In this document: in pieces, positions 18,532-35,283 of the stretch
Layout of the letters: each line of letters opens with the position of its first letter
How positions within the stretch are numbered: the first letter of the stretch is position 1
DNA from: Chrysomallon squamiferum
Taxonomy: Eukaryota; Animalia; Mollusca
Length of the DNA: 64,000 nt
Reading direction: 5' to 3'
NCBI GenBank assembly: GCA_012295275.1
Contig: CM022671.1
Span: 2,790,001 to 2,854,000, forward strand
The notes under the pieces: model-generated
The model's database searches: none
The model's input: the letters and a program-made list of their open reading frames with translations, nothing else
Told to the model about the DNA's origin: nothing
Translations under genes and position numbers: made by a program

Positions 18532-21500
18532 AAACATAATGTACGTGTTAAACATGATTTTAATAACAAATCTGTCAGTGGTATCTTACAAACATCAAAA
18601 TGGCCGCTGAAATTTAGGTTTCTGAAAAACATAAGTCATATAAAAGTAGTGTTTTCCTTATTTACATTCAGTGCTGTTCATTTACGTAAAATAACAGATT
18701 ATAAAAATTGTAATATTGTTACCAGTTAAATACTAATAATTAGTTTCTCACATAACTAGCCCAATGTTTTAGATGACTACTGCACCTTCAAGTCACTTTC
18801 TTTATATCGAAATACAGAAAGTGCTTTCATTCAATGGGTCAGGTCAGGCAACTGAAGCTGATTTAGATGTGAAACAAAACATATCCATGATTATGAAAAA
18901 TCAGGTTACAAATAATTATTACAAAGATGTTTTTATTAATTGTATATGTAGAAAGCATCTGAACTTACATGTGTTAGCCAGTGTGTATATATTTTTTTTT
19001 CTTTGTGTCTTACTGCACTGGAAGGTAGAATGTTATAGAGATCCTTGGGGATTATTTGATAACTAATAATGTTAGCTGTTATTTAGGTATTAATAAAAAT
19101 ACTGCATATGTTAGTTAAAGCAACTAACTGCATGTAGGTAAATATATACATACACATATAGCAATATGATTTCTTGCTGCCATACACATTAAACATTTTT
19201 AGTTTTGCTATAAAATGCTACTGTGCCAATTATACCAATTACATGTTAAAATACTTTTGTTTTGTAGTTTAAGTGATTATTGTCTTTGCAGTAAACAGCT
19301 TAAGAGTAGAATCAGTCAACTAGAGTGCATGTGTTTTACTTTGTATCTCATGAAATCGTTTGTATGTAACAACCACATCATAAAAAAACACTTAACAGAT
19401 TTTCACTTTTTTATTTCACTGAAATATTTATGCAGCATTTATTGAACAAGACAAAAGAAACAGCTGTGAATGTGAGTTAGTGGGTAGGAAGTCAACATAT
19501 TCACTTCAGTAATTATTTTCTTTTTACCTCTTTCATTATCATTTATTATTTATTTATTTTTATTATTATTATTACTACTACTACTCCTATTATTATTATT
19601 ATTAATGTATGTTTCTGGTATTTTTCTTTTTTTTAATTCATGGATTACAACTGAATCTCTATTTACATTTAATATTTTCTAAACAATATTGTTATTAGTA
19701 ATTTATATATTTTTCACTTTCATTGCTGCTTGCTTGGCTTTTTGTACGGTTTCATTTTTTTTTTTTTTTTTTGGTATTTATTTATTTCCTGTGGTGCCTT
19801 GATTACTATATCAAGCTTTGGTAACAAAGTTCAGTAAACAGATGGTCTACTTAATGTTTTATTTGAAACTGGAATTCAACAATCAATTACTTGAGAAATG
19901 TTAACTGCTTGCTTTATTATATATATTGGTATCAACTGCAGAGTTAATTTCAGATATACTCAACATATTTTTACTTATAATTTTGTTAGTGTCAGGATGT
20001 TTTTAGAGCTGAGTATACAAGTTTTTAAACAGCAACTTAACAGACTAAAAAGTATAAACTAAAAGAAAAAGAGTAAAGACAGCAATATTTGCTGTGAAAG
20101 GAAAAAAAAAAGCTTGTTCTTGACTGTTTGGTCTATTAGAAAATTTAGAAATAATTAAACTGCAAAGAAGCAAAAAAGTATTATAAAAACATGATGGTCA
20201 TTTTCACCGTAAGCCATTAGCCTTGATGTTGTTGTTGTTTTTAAACTGTGTTTAACATTTATAATTACTTTTACAGGATGATAAAGGTCACAAGAAGTAT
20301 TAACACGACATTCAGAATATAACTTTTTTGATAAAAATTATTTGTTTCCTTCAAATTTTGAAAAACAGAAATTTGTAAAAATGATCCTATGCATACTTGT
20401 TAAATATCTAATATTCTAAAAATAAAACAATGATTTTTAAAAAACCATTTGTTACAAAATCTTTCACTATTGTGACTATTTTTGTAACAATTTAAAGTGT
20501 GCATAATTCTGATAATTGTCTTTAACTTGCACATGTAATCTCTAATGTCTAAAAAATAAAGATAGCTTTCAACTATACATTCATATCTTATATTTTGTTT
20601 AAATGTTTTTTCTTTGACACAAACAAACATATGGTATCATTGTATATTTATTACCAACATGTTGAAGGGATGAAAAAATACAGAATAAGGTTCTTATGTT
20701 ACATTACCAACTGGATTTTTAACAAAATAATTATTTTGATTTTCATGCAAGTGTAATTATGAATCAAACTTCCTAACTAATTTTGAATACTTGACAGAAG
20801 TATCTTGAGTAAAATGGAAAGAAAGATTAAACATACTAATATGAAGATGTTAAACGGTTGGTAATGGATACTTTATTTTAGCAAATGATTCAATAGGACT
20901 TACGTTTCTGAAAAATCAATTAAAATTATGATAAAAAAATATGTAAAAAAACAAAGGCATATAATATGATTTGAAGAAGAGAAAAAAAGAAAATTAAAGT
21001 AAAATCACTGACAAAGAAATGTAATTCTGTTTTTCATCTGAAGTAGGTTTGATGCTCTCAAGACTAAAATTTTGAACTTTCATCTTTTTTGAGCAAACAG
21101 GATTGCATTGTTAGTAATAAAAAATGACTTGTGTATGTTCTTATTGTCAAAGAGACATGATTTGACTGCATATTTAGTAAACAGCTTGTTTCAAAATACT
21201 ATTTTAAAAGTTTGTGGTAGCGTATGTTGGAATTACATAATGCAACAAGTCCAAAATATGTTTAATTTTCTTAGTTCCAGAATAGTTTAGGTAATTTAAA
21301 ATACAAATTACACATTGCAAGCTAGATGAAATTATTCCTTTGAAACGGACCATATTTAACAAAGTTATGTATATAAATGAAAAAATTATAAATAAAAAAT
21401 AACTATTATTTTTCTTGATACTCCAAAAGGAAAAATTCATGATCTAAGGAGAATAACTCAATTTAAAAGTAAGAGAAAGTAATAATTTTAAAACCAGAAT

Positions 21501-21701
21501 AGCAGTGTACTATCATTTGCAAAAACAGAATTCTACATTCCTATTGTTTAAGTGTAAACTATCTACATAAAACCATGTAACTATGTATTACTGGAAATGT
21601 TTCTTTTCATTCACTTAGGTGTCCTTCTCACACATTTTCTTATTATTAATAATAATAAGTATAGTAATGATAATACCTTAAATCATGGTTTCCATACTCA
21701 C

Positions 21702-23100
21702 CACTTCACTTTCCTCATCTTTCACACCACTCTGATTTCCATCTGTTAATGAATCCTGTGACACTAATTTAATACTAATATACAGTTTGGAACTGCCAAA
21801 ATGATCAACCTGCAGATCTCTGTTTTTCAGATTTCCCAGCCAGAATGCTTCCAAACAATTGTTAACAGTCAACATGGCCTTAACTCGATATACAAACTGT
21901 TCCAGTGCTCGTTTGAGAGGAAGCACCTTATTGGTCGGATTATCTGTACACATGATAATATTTATAATAAAGATATGTCAATGGAAAATACACAAACATG
22001 TTATTTATCTACAGAGATATATTATAATGTAATGCTAGAAATAAATTTAAAAAATCTCCTGTTTTATGATGTTGTAATATATTTAGATGTTTTGTTCCTT
22101 TTTTTTTCTCTTTTTTTTTAAATATGTCAAGTAAACAAAGCATTATAAGGTGTACTGTGACATTTAAAACATAACTAAGTAATCTGAGGCACTGAGGAGT
22201 CTTGACACATCTAAGATTTCTCTGCCCATAGATTTTACAAATGTGTGATAGAAATGTAACAGTACCTTGGAGTGACTTGACAAATGGTGAAGTGTGCGTG
22301 TACTGAGCTGAAAGTTCTTCAACAAAGATTAATTTACATTGTAAAAAATGTAATAAATAAGTAAAGATGAAGAACTCTTTCATTTTGTTTCCTGCATTTC
22401 TTTCTGAAAAATAAAAATAATACATATAAATTAATTTAATTATAATTAATATTAGTATTAATATAATATTTATTATTAAATGAATGCTAATAATGATACA
22501 TTAATGTTATACAGTGCTGCATTTTAATCAGAAATAAGCAATGAAAAATAATAATAGTAAAAATATTAGAAAAATAAGTTTTATTGTCTGAAAGGATTAT
22601 ATTTTTATTTATTTATTTATTTATTTATTTAATTCAAGACTTATTACTGTTGCTGTTGTCGAAGAAGAAGAAGAAGAAGAAAGCACGTTCCCAAGTTTCG
22701 GGCCCTTGACATGATCTATCATGTACGAGTGTGAAACCGAGTTGTCCTACACGTGTTTGACATAGTTACATACGGAGTAGATTCTCTGCTAACAAACGCA
22801 TGATTACGATGATAATGATTACCAATTTACATCAGTCTTATACATCATTACATGTCATTGTTAATACTGTTATGTTTACACTTGCAACTTAAAAAGTTTA
22901 TTACTTTCTTTAGAAAAACATCTCGAAAGAGTTTGTTTTCCTAAATTCTCAAATGTATTTACAGACACAATCAATCATTCCAATTAAACAATCCACCACT
23001 GAACCAACCTTTCAATTAGAACTAATAATTTATTCTTTAAGTGAATGTGAAAGTTACTTGCGAAAAAAGTATTTCCCGCGTTTTTATATTCTGCTTCGAG
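21702..23100 (-). pseudogene. FANCD2: Internally deleted FANCD2 pseudocopy: promoter and first coding exon fused to C-terminal exons
   Basis: 21810-21935 encodes TNKVLPLKRALEQFVYRVKAMLTVNNCLEAFWLGNLKNRDLQ followed by a GT donor (the FANCD2 C-terminal signature). 21702-21768 encodes VSQDSLTDG...EESEV|GTGAGT. 22361-22403 is the start exon, reading M-Q-E-T-K-stop, with its donor lost. Confidence 0.88.
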
Positions 23101-23523
23101 ATTTTCATTATGCTGATTTCTAAAAAAAAAAAAAATTGGAGTTATTACATTTACAGCTGTTTATTTATATATATATATATATATCAACTGTTTTTAGTAA
23201 TTAGTTTCTTTTTAGCCTTTTATCACTACTCTGCAAGACTTAATACTTTGACTATGAAAGCATTAAAAAAGATTTTAAAAAATAGCTAATTCAGGATTAA
23301 TCATTTTATTTTATTTTATTTTATTTATTTATCAGATCATATTTAGATACCCTACCAAATCATTTACACACGCATAGTATAACCTAAAATAAAATTTTAG
23401 TGATTAAAAACATAACATTTTTTAATTTATCTATTTTTGATACTTTAATACTACATTGCTTCTTGAATTATTGTTGTTATTATTATTGTTATAACAATAA
23501 CAACAGCAATAATAATAATATTA

Positions 23524-23561
<38 letters not shown>

Positions 23562-23633
23562 GCTACAAGCTGCAATAACTTGAATTACTTCCATTAAAGC
23601 TTGATTAAATCGAAGGCGACACGTGTGTAACAA

Positions 23634-23711
<78 letters not shown>

Positions 23712-24425
23712 TTCCAGATAGCGAGAGGCAGATTCGTAATCTTTGAAATTTGCTTATTTCAGATACTGTCTCTATTTAGAAAGGAATAAAAAAGGGGAAG
23801 GTTTGAAGTATTGTTCATACTTCACTTTTTACGCTCACAGAGTTAACTCTACGAGCTTTCTTTGAACAAAAAGGCGATATCTTTGTTTCATTTCTATAAC
23901 CAATATACATGTATTTGCCTCCCGAAAATGGTGGGAACCCTTGATGAAAATTTTCTTGACTATTTTCGAGTAAAAGGCCCCTTTTTAAAAAATATTATTG
24001 GAAAGAGCAATATTTCATCTCTTCAAAGACTGTGGAATTTTATCTTAATGAATGCAAGTACACGTTTTCTGCCGAACCATACTGTAATTCATGGTTCACC
24101 TCTGGGTAAGAAAGAGACTGATTATGTTACTTTTCCTAAACGAGAACCTCCTGAATTCTCTTTGAAGGTTCTTATTGATGAACAAAATCATAATTCTTTT
24201 CAAAGATGTCTATTTAACCGCATAAATTACAAAATGATTAAATCTGAATTGAAATGATGTCGGAGCATTCTCATTTATGATTTTGTATTCAATAGTATTT
24301 ACCTTATTATTTGATTTTTCTGCAGTTGTGGCATTGCTTTGGAAACAAATATTGGAATTAATGATGGAGTAAGTGTAGTAAATTGGTGTCAGTGGGAAAA
24401 AATTAAGATTGTTATGTTTGAAACT
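22322..24425. repeat. Diverged duplicate of 6311-8575 (FANCD2 5' region and upstream flank)
   Basis: Collinear similarity, e.g. ATTTCCCGCGTTTTTATATTCTGCTTC and GAGTTAACTCTACGAGCTTT in both copies. Confidence 0.9.
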
Positions 24426-24539
24426 ACATACACATGCATGTCAACCGTACTTTCGTTTTACCGAGTGCCGAAAGCTTTTGTGGTCTGCATAGTCTTAGTT
24501 TGTCAAATGTTATCATCATCGTTACCGGAAACATGAAAA

Positions 24540-25560
24540 CTAAGAATCTATCATCGTTCACCTGATAAATGAATGACCATTACCCCATGCACAATGTTGC
24601 TTATGGACGATAGGTATTACGGATTGAGAGTAGCTCTTTGTTTCGTATACAAATCATTTTCGACCCATTTTAACGAAAGAGGTTTTTGGATTTCGACATA
24701 AGGAAAGTGAATTGACAGTGCAATATACGTTTGAACGAACCATCAGTGAAGACACTAAGGGTCAGTCTACCGAGTTTAACACCAAGAAACTCTGAAAGGC
24801 TTCATGACTCTGAACTGAAGGAGAATGTGTTGACACACTCTGAAATGATCGATTCCTCTTTATGTGATAGTGGTCGTGAGTTCTGGTTTATGCGACGTAT
24901 GCATAACTTAAGCCTCTGTCACAGAGAAGAGGCAGCAAACTTATGAAGTACTGTAGTCTGTTTCATATCTCGCCGTGGATTTTTCAATCTAATTCTGATC
25001 TCTGTAGCTGCCGCAGTTCAGGCAGTGTGAATTATATTTGGTAAGGAAGTCCGCATTCAGTAATGCTTCTATCCTCTCACTTAATCAAGAACTAAATGAG
25101 AGCAACCAAAATGTCAAACATTTTTGTGGCATGTTGGATGGTATTGCTTTTTTACCATTGGATGATGTTGAAAACATGCAGTCTCTATCGATAATGTTTA
25201 TGGCAGAAGCTAATGATTTGGTAGGTTATTTTGATTCGACTTATATCAATACAAACTATAGGAATATATTTACAAAGGGATGCGACATCATCAGAAGCAT
25301 TCTTCCACGAATTCAAACAGAAGTCTGGAATGCGCTGGAGGCAACTCTGAATGAAGATCCCTACACCAGAACCAGTGGGAAGGATGGAACAACACATTTT
25401 TTATACGTGTCGATCATCATCGCAAATCAGTTTGGAAGTTTATAAAGAGTCTGAAACTGGAGAAAATAAGGTTGCAAGTCCAGCTGACAGTCAGATCGAG
25501 GAGTACAGTGGAAAATCAGCTCTAATAACTGAATGCACACCTCTTGTAAAAATCCTTCAA
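24540..25560 (+). mobile_element. Degenerate Mutator-like (MULE) transposase
   Basis: AAAVQAV...GKEVRIQ*CFYPLT (the GCxFH/CFYHL motif), then FCGMLDGIAFLPLDDV...LVGYFDSTYI...VWNALEATL, typical of FLYWCH-MULE transposase C-terminal halves. Contains stops and frameshifts; boundaries are approximate. Confidence 0.8.
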
Positions 25561-26869
25561 AAGAATATTTGTATTGCTTTTGTTTTGCACTTTCCAGAAT
25601 ATTTGTCTTAGTGTTTTCTTAGCTACCCTGCGCAAAGGTCCGATAATAAATTACACACTGACTCAGAAGCTGATGCCAAATTCATATTCAAGGCTTGTAT
25701 AATTATTATTTATTAGATTATATCCGAACTGAGTGCATGGTCTCCTTCTCAAACTGACAACGGAAATTTGATAAAAAGTTAGTCCCTACCTCCCTTGAAC
25801 GTTGGTATTTTTATATATCCGTTTGTTTTATTCTTGAACACTGATATATGCGGAAATTTATTTTATGATTATTATTTACTGCTAAGGAACTCTTATGAAT
25901 ACGGCAGCCATGTAATCGATAAATCGTAATTTACGTCAATATTTGTAATTTATAAAACCTCCTTATTTAATTATAAAGTATAATCTGACAGGAGTGCAAT
26001 GTTAAAGTTAATGCTGTTTTAGGTATTTCAACTACTGAAATGTTGATACTACCAATAAGGCCACATTTTTTAAATAAAGGGTGGAAAATACAAAAAGAAC
26101 TTCAGGATGGAAGAAAGTTTTTATTTTTATTTTATGTTATAATAAAGAAAATAATTAATAGAGTTGTCCTTCCTCAAATAAAACTAAATGTTTCATATAA
26201 TATTCAACAACCCAGAATCTAGAGTCTTTGAGTTTTGTATGTTTTAGCTTATAAATCTGTTAATTCAATAAATAAATATTTTAGTTTTATACCTTTGCCC
26301 TGTCATTTATATAATATGGGTATTGTTAATTATGACCGCAGAAGAAAATATATAATAATAATTATAGAAAATGAACAAAATAATTTTAAATGTTACAAAC
26401 CTGAAAATAGATAACTATTAAAGGCCTCTCTTTATTTTTAATTTTTATTTTTGATCTTTAATACCCATACATTTTATTATTATTTTATTTCTTTCATTCC
26501 TCACCATTTACTTATTATAGATATATTTTTAAAACATTTTAATTATTAATCATCATCATCGTCATCATTATTTTTATTATCCAATGTAGTGCATAAATTA
26601 TGGATGTAAATCTGTGGGATAATTCGACTTTTTTCATGATACACCTCCACACGTTTTAGAGTATTTTAAGCTCATGCCTCTTCACGTTAATTTTCTTTCC
26701 GAATATTCAAGAGCTATTTACGTATCTTCAATGAAAGTTGTTCTTTATAAGAGCGTGTGTTTGAATGTTTTGTCATTTTTCTTTTGACACTAACAAATGA
26801 TATAACTAAAGCTGATGTTATACACAGTAATATACGCAGTTTCCAGTTTTACAAGTACCCTCTTTACAA

Positions 26870-27055
26870 CGAACATTCCTGTGCATACGGAGTGGTCGTA
26901 ATTCCCCGAGAAAAAAGATTTCTAACTAAACAAATGTATTTTTCCTTACATACTGAATAGAGGTAAAATACATTTCTGTGCAGTGGTCGTAATTCACCGA
27001 GAAGAAAAATTTCTAACATAAGAAATATGCCTTTGTTTACATACTGAACAGACTA
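26870..27055 (+). repeat. Roughly 90-bp minisatellite containing GTGGTCGTAATTCCCCGAGAA
   Basis: Units at 26891 and 26982; also at about 42073/42162, 50007/50083/50175 and 61346. Confidence 0.85.
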
Positions 27056-28184
27056 AAATATGTTTCTGGAGAATGCGAACGTGATCACGTATGGTAATGT
27101 GAAACCTGACGTATTACGTGTTAGATCATGCGAGTTTTCATGACTAATGAAATAGATAAAAAACGAAATTATTTCATGTTTTATGAGCTCAAGATTATTA
27201 TACTGGTTCTCTTAGTCGTGATAAAACTGCCGTCTACAATTTGTATGGGGAATTTGTATAATGTTTTTTCTGTTTGTTTTTTTATAAATTCAGTTGGACT
27301 ATAATGATTACTATTGAAAGAAAATTGTTTAGTTTTTTTATGTATTTATTTACTAGTGGTAATAGTTGTTGCTGTTGATGGTGTTGGAAGATAGTATTAC
27401 ATAAATGTAGTTTTTCCTCATCAGAAATAAAGAAAAATATCTGGATACGACTGGAATGTAATAGATAAATCGTAATTTACGTCAGTATTTCTCATTTATA
27501 AAACCTCCTTATAGAATTACAAAGTATAATCTGACAAGCGTAACATAAACGTTAATGATGTTTTAAGTAAGCAAGGTTTTTTTTGCTTTATTTTTTATTA
27601 TACTGTGTTGTAATAAATTAATTAATTAATAGATCTGTCTTGCCTCAGAGAAAACTAAATGATGTATACAATATTCAGCAACCCAGAATCTATATAGACG
27701 TAGAGTCCTGTGTGTTTTAGGTTCTTAATCTGGTTTTGTTTTTTTGGTTATTTATTTATTTATTTATTTTTATTTTTTTATTTATTTTTATTATTTTATT
27801 TTATTTTTGTCGTATCAATTATATTATATGGATGCAGTTTATTATTACAGCTGAAAAAAATATACTAGAATAATGACAGAAAAAGAACAAGATAATATTA
27901 ACTCTTACAAACCTACCCAAAAAGCCCTCTTTTTATTTATTGTTTTTAATTCCCACCTTTTCGTGGAGAGATATTTTTTGTGTAAAGTGTGTGTTCTTGA
28001 AAATATTTATAAGCCAATATGATACAGACTAAACTATTTTCTTACTTACAAAGTCATGTATTTTTCATGTGCTTAGCAGAAAATAGTTCAAAAACAACTT
28101 CATAAATTTTGTTGCTGTTGTTATTTTAAATCACATAATGCAAATTTGTCCAGTCCAAGAATTTATAAACTACAAGACGAGAGA

Positions 28185-30330
<2,146 letters not shown>

Positions 30331-31983
30331 GATAGAACCTTAAGTAATCTAGAAATCTGAAAATGTTATGAAGCATGCAATTGATTACATCGCGGGTTTG
30401 AATGTTTGAATACTAAATTCTGTTATACATAACATAGCAAACAATGCCATATATTATATTAAAAAATAATAGTACTACTACTACTACTACTACTACTAAT
30501 AATAATAATAATAATAATAATTTAAAAAATAAACCATTTTTCGTTTCTAATTTCTGCAAGGAAAAATATTTTATCCATTAAGACAGTGATCGACTTCACT
30601 GACTTAAATTTGTTTTATGTTACTTTTTATCACGATAGCAATGATTTTATTCTTATAAGTTGGACTATCACGGCGTACAGAAGTATTATAAAATACATGC
30701 AAATTTAAGCTTACGTTAATACTCTCCAACATAATAGTAATACGTCTATTGGAATTACTGAATACTTAATGCTATAAACACTTCGTCACGTTCCTTTGAT
30801 AGAGGATAGTATACTTAAATAGAGCATTCATGGACGTAACTAGACTGTTTTTGAAACGAGGCAACAATATTTAATCGCCGAGCGGAGCAGGGCAGAAAAA
30901 TTTGGGCGAAGGGTCTGAAGGCCGTAGTCACAAATGAATTCATTCAGTGGATATCATTTCTATCGGAACAGATATTTATATACTTTTTTTTATTATTATT
31001 AAATAAAATCTTTAGAAAATGATTTTCTAATAAATAATTTTTCATTTTTTCAGTTCGATACAAAATATATTCAAATTTACGTAACCATTTTACACTTGAA
31101 AATTATATGAACATTTATGAGGTCAAACTGTAATCTTTGATCGATTAAATTATACTGTCTTGGAGTATATAAACAGAGAAGATCACCTACTGTTTTTCGA
31201 TAAGATCTGTTAGATGAACGTTGTTTATCGTCTCTCTTATGATTAATGAATATAAATTAGTTAACTATTTAATAATCTTCAAATAAAACTTTACTAAAAT
31301 ATCGTAATCAAATAGCCAATTTATTTATTTATTTTCTGTTAAATAAATAATTATTTATTTACCGTTTATTTTTGTATTAATTCTTTTTCACTACCCTGCT
31401 ACCTTTTATAATACATTTTACACTGACTAAGAAATGTTTGTCTTTTGGTTCTGAAGTTAATGCCAAATTGATATTTAAAGCTTGTATAATTATTATTTAT
31501 TAGATTATATCGGATCTGAGAACATGATCTCCTTTTCAAACTGACAACAGAAGTGTGAGAAAAAGTGCGTGCGTTGCTTGAACGTTGGTATTTCTACATA
31601 TCCATTTGTGTTCTACTCTCGAACACTGATACATAGAGAAATTTATTGTATGGTTATTATTTGCTGCTAAGGAACTCTTTTGGGTGCGACTGGAAAGTAA
31701 TAGATAAATCGTAATTTACGTCAGTATTTGTCATTTATAAAACCTCCTTATAGAATTACAAAGTATAATCTGACAAGCGTAATATAAACGTTAATGATGT
31801 TTTAAGTAAGCAAGGTTTTTTTATTTTATTTTATATTATATTGTGTTGTAATAAATTAATTAATTAATAGATCTGTCTGGCCTCAAAGAAAACTAAATGA
31901 TGTATACAATATTCAGAAACCCAGAATCTATACAGCCGTAGAGTCCTGTGTGTTTTAGGTTATAAATCTGTTGTTTTTTTGTT

Positions 31984-32014
<31 letters not shown>

Positions 32015-33041
32015 TTTTATTTATTTTTATTATTTTATTATATTTTTGTCCTGTCAGTTATGTAATATGGGTGCAGTTTATTATGACCGCTGAAAAAAAA
32101 TATACAAGAATAATTATAGAAAAAGAACAAGATACTATTAACTCTTACAAACCTACCCAAAAAGCCCTCTTTTTATTTATTGTCTTTAATTCCCGTCATT
32201 TTTCTATTTTCTTTTATTTCATTTATTCCTTATTATTTACTTATTTATATATATATTTTTGTGACCTTTCTAAATGTTAAAACAATGAATTTATTCATAA
32301 TAATTCTCAACATCATCATCATCATTATTTTTATTATCTAGTACATAAATTATTGATGCTAATCACTAGAAAAAAGCAGATTTGTATTATTTATTTAATT
32401 ATTTTTTATATATCAATTTAAACTTAAGCATCTTTACGTCATTTTTCTATCTGAATCATCAAGAGCTGTTTACGCAGCTTCGATGAAATAGGTTAAATGA
32501 TGTTCTTCTGCCATTTTGTGGTTTAGTCATTTTGTAACAAATGAATTAACTAAAGCTGCTATTAGGCACAATACTATAAACAGTTTCCAGTTTTACAAGT
32601 GTCCTCTATATAGAGAGAACATGATTTACAATCTGTCATTCTTATGTAAACGTATAAATCATTAATTTGATTTATTTCATTTTATTTCATTTATTTTTTA
32701 GTTATATTATAACTGTTGATGTCGGGATATCAGATTTTTGCTGTTGATGGTTATCATGACTCAGGTCAATGCCTGTCAAACGTAAATGATTTTGCTGATG
32801 TAGAAGTAATAGTTGTAGATGACAGTAATAAAATTTGCCAACAACAGACATGATGTGACAAATTTTCAAATTTATTGCACTGCCTTCAAAACTAGTAAAG
32901 ATCAAATCCATCACTATATTAACATACATAGATGCAATAATTCCCTCCAATAATTCCTGTACTATTTCATTTCAAGATAAGCTCACACTTTTCTCTCATT
33001 CCAATAATTTAGTATTTCCTAGAGAGCGGTGGAATAACCCC

Positions 33042-33117
<76 letters not shown>

Positions 33118-33119
33118 CA

Positions 33120-33161
<42 letters not shown>

Positions 33162-33259
33162 CATTAACAGTAAATAATATTAAGCCCTCCATGAACATGA
33201 AAAGACGAAACAAAACAACAATAAATAAATAAATAAATAATCAAACAACAACAAGAAGG

Positions 33260-34520
33260 GAGCGTGCCTATCACAACACCTGTCTATGCTTAGCACGTTA
33301 AATTTTCAGTTCAGTTCAGTTCCTCAAACAGGAATTGGATGGGAAAACTCGTCTCCAAAGTAACATCAGATTAAATTTTAACCAAGAGAGTTAGGGATGT
33401 ATTTATATTTTTATTTCTATCTAACGGAACTTTTAAAAAATAACCACCTCGATTTTAAGTTATTTCGTGAATGATTATGGCTTTTAGTATTTATTAACTA
33501 ACTTTCGGTGATATTTATCAAACTATTAAAGTTCCACATATTGGCATTTTTTGTGACATATTTCTCCATTGGTTCGCTTTTGAATTTTTTCTTTTCATTT
33601 CTGGAGGTATTTTTAATATACCTTCTCAAAATCATCCAAACAAAATAAAATGTATAACAGGTATGTAGCTTTGTGCAAAAATTCCCCTATACCTCGACTG
33701 CAACGAGTTGTCTAACTTCAGTGAAAATCATCTGGCAGTTTAGTCTGTAAACAAAGAATTATCGCTAGGTGATGTGATCAAATACCGCTTTTTGATTAGA
33801 CGTTTATTTTTATTCTTCTTTTCTGGAATAAATGTTTATAATTATTTAAATCAGTTAGTTACAACTTTAGGTAACATAGATATCCTGAAAATTAAAATAG
33901 TATTTCTGTTTCTTCACTTCAACCTGACATTCGTACAACATAATTATAATATTATCAACGCTGGATTATAAAACAACAACTATATCTACTAATATTACAA
34001 TTAGAGGTACTATTACGACATATTTCGCTAGCGATTAACGTAACTTGAACAGTTAGCTACGAGAACTAAAACTACTACTACTACTACCGCTCCTGCTGCT
34101 TCTGATAGTGATGTTATCTCTACTTCTTTTACATTTATTATTACCATCAGATTGATGATCTAGACATCTGAAAATGTTACAACAAATATCATCATGGCGG
34201 TATCTTACATTTAAGTATTGCTTTACGATATAATAAGTTTTCATTTTACTTCTTGTAGGCCATTATTTATAATCTCTAGAAACTCAGTTTTTGTCAGTAT
34301 TAAAATAAAATCTGTTTGGAACATATCTTAGATAACTATATAATAGTTAAAAATTCTTACTGAGCAATATTTATTTGTGAACTCCTTCAATAATTAATTT
34401 CATTGCTGATATAAATATGTATGTGCCCTTTACGACAATAACATCCTTGTAGAGAATCCTTTAAGTATGTAAGCAATATTTCCCAAAATTCATTCATCTA
34501 TCCTCCAGTTTATCTTCAGC
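33260..34520 (+). repeat. Collapsed duplicate of the FN3-GTPase 5' region (about 9856-10740 and 11980-12600); a further copy at about 56572-57535
   Basis: Shared blocks such as TTAGCACGTTAA, GATGGGAAAACTC, CTTCAGTGAAAATCAT and TCATGGCGGTAT occur in the same order. Confidence 0.8.
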
Positions 34521-34713
34521 ATAATAAACGATAATAACAGCAGACAAAGGACAAGCGTTGTGAAGATTTGAAAACATTATCTTGGTTACAAACGTTCCAC
34601 TCTATGATATATGATTGTCACACAATGTTAAAAAACGAACGAGTGTCTTAGTACACATGAAATAAACTGATCATCCTTAAAAAAAAATTTATAATAATAA
34701 ATAAATAAATTTA

Positions 34714-34749
<36 letters not shown>

Positions 34750-34754
34750 AATAA

Positions 34755-34808
<54 letters not shown>

Positions 34809-35227
34809 AATAAATAAATAAATAAATAGAAACCATCTAGAAATAAAAATAATGGAATTTTTTTGCATGTTATTATGATCACATGCTGTAAATTTCCAGT
34901 GCTATTTGAATATACTGATACAATGATTTTCGAGGAAAAGAAATACTTTCCGGTTAAGAACAGAATATAAATTTGTCGTTGTCTGTGGTTTGCTAAGTTA
35001 GAATAAAACTCCTGACCTAAATGTGTGAATCCGCTATTCGGTTTTGCGATGTCAAACTGGGCTTAGAAACGATCGAGTAACCAATGAAACATTAGGTAAG
35101 TAGATTGCTTTGTTGCTTTGTTGTTGTTGCTCCTGTTTTTAATTTGTTAATGTTATTTTAGACTTTTCTGTTGGTGGTGATAACGAAAATATTACTGATA
35201 TTATTATCATTTTGATTGTTATTATTA

Positions 35228-35283
<56 letters not shown>

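Noticed and set aside
22009-22425. 138-aa ORF as a further FANCD2 exon (FVKSLQGTVTFLSHICK)
   Set aside because: The resemblance to FANCD2 is only vague, there are no convincing splice sites, and the ORF spans the deletion junction.
26870-27055. Regularly spaced GTGGTCGTAATTCCCCGAGAA repeats as a CRISPR array
   Set aside because: The intervening sequences are homologous to each other rather than unique spacers, there are no cas genes, and the DNA is eukaryotic.
30825-30930. GC-richer segment resembling a DNA-transposon end (also 14570-14640 and 3860-3885)
   Set aside because: No partner TIR or target duplication was found, so it cannot be supported as an element.
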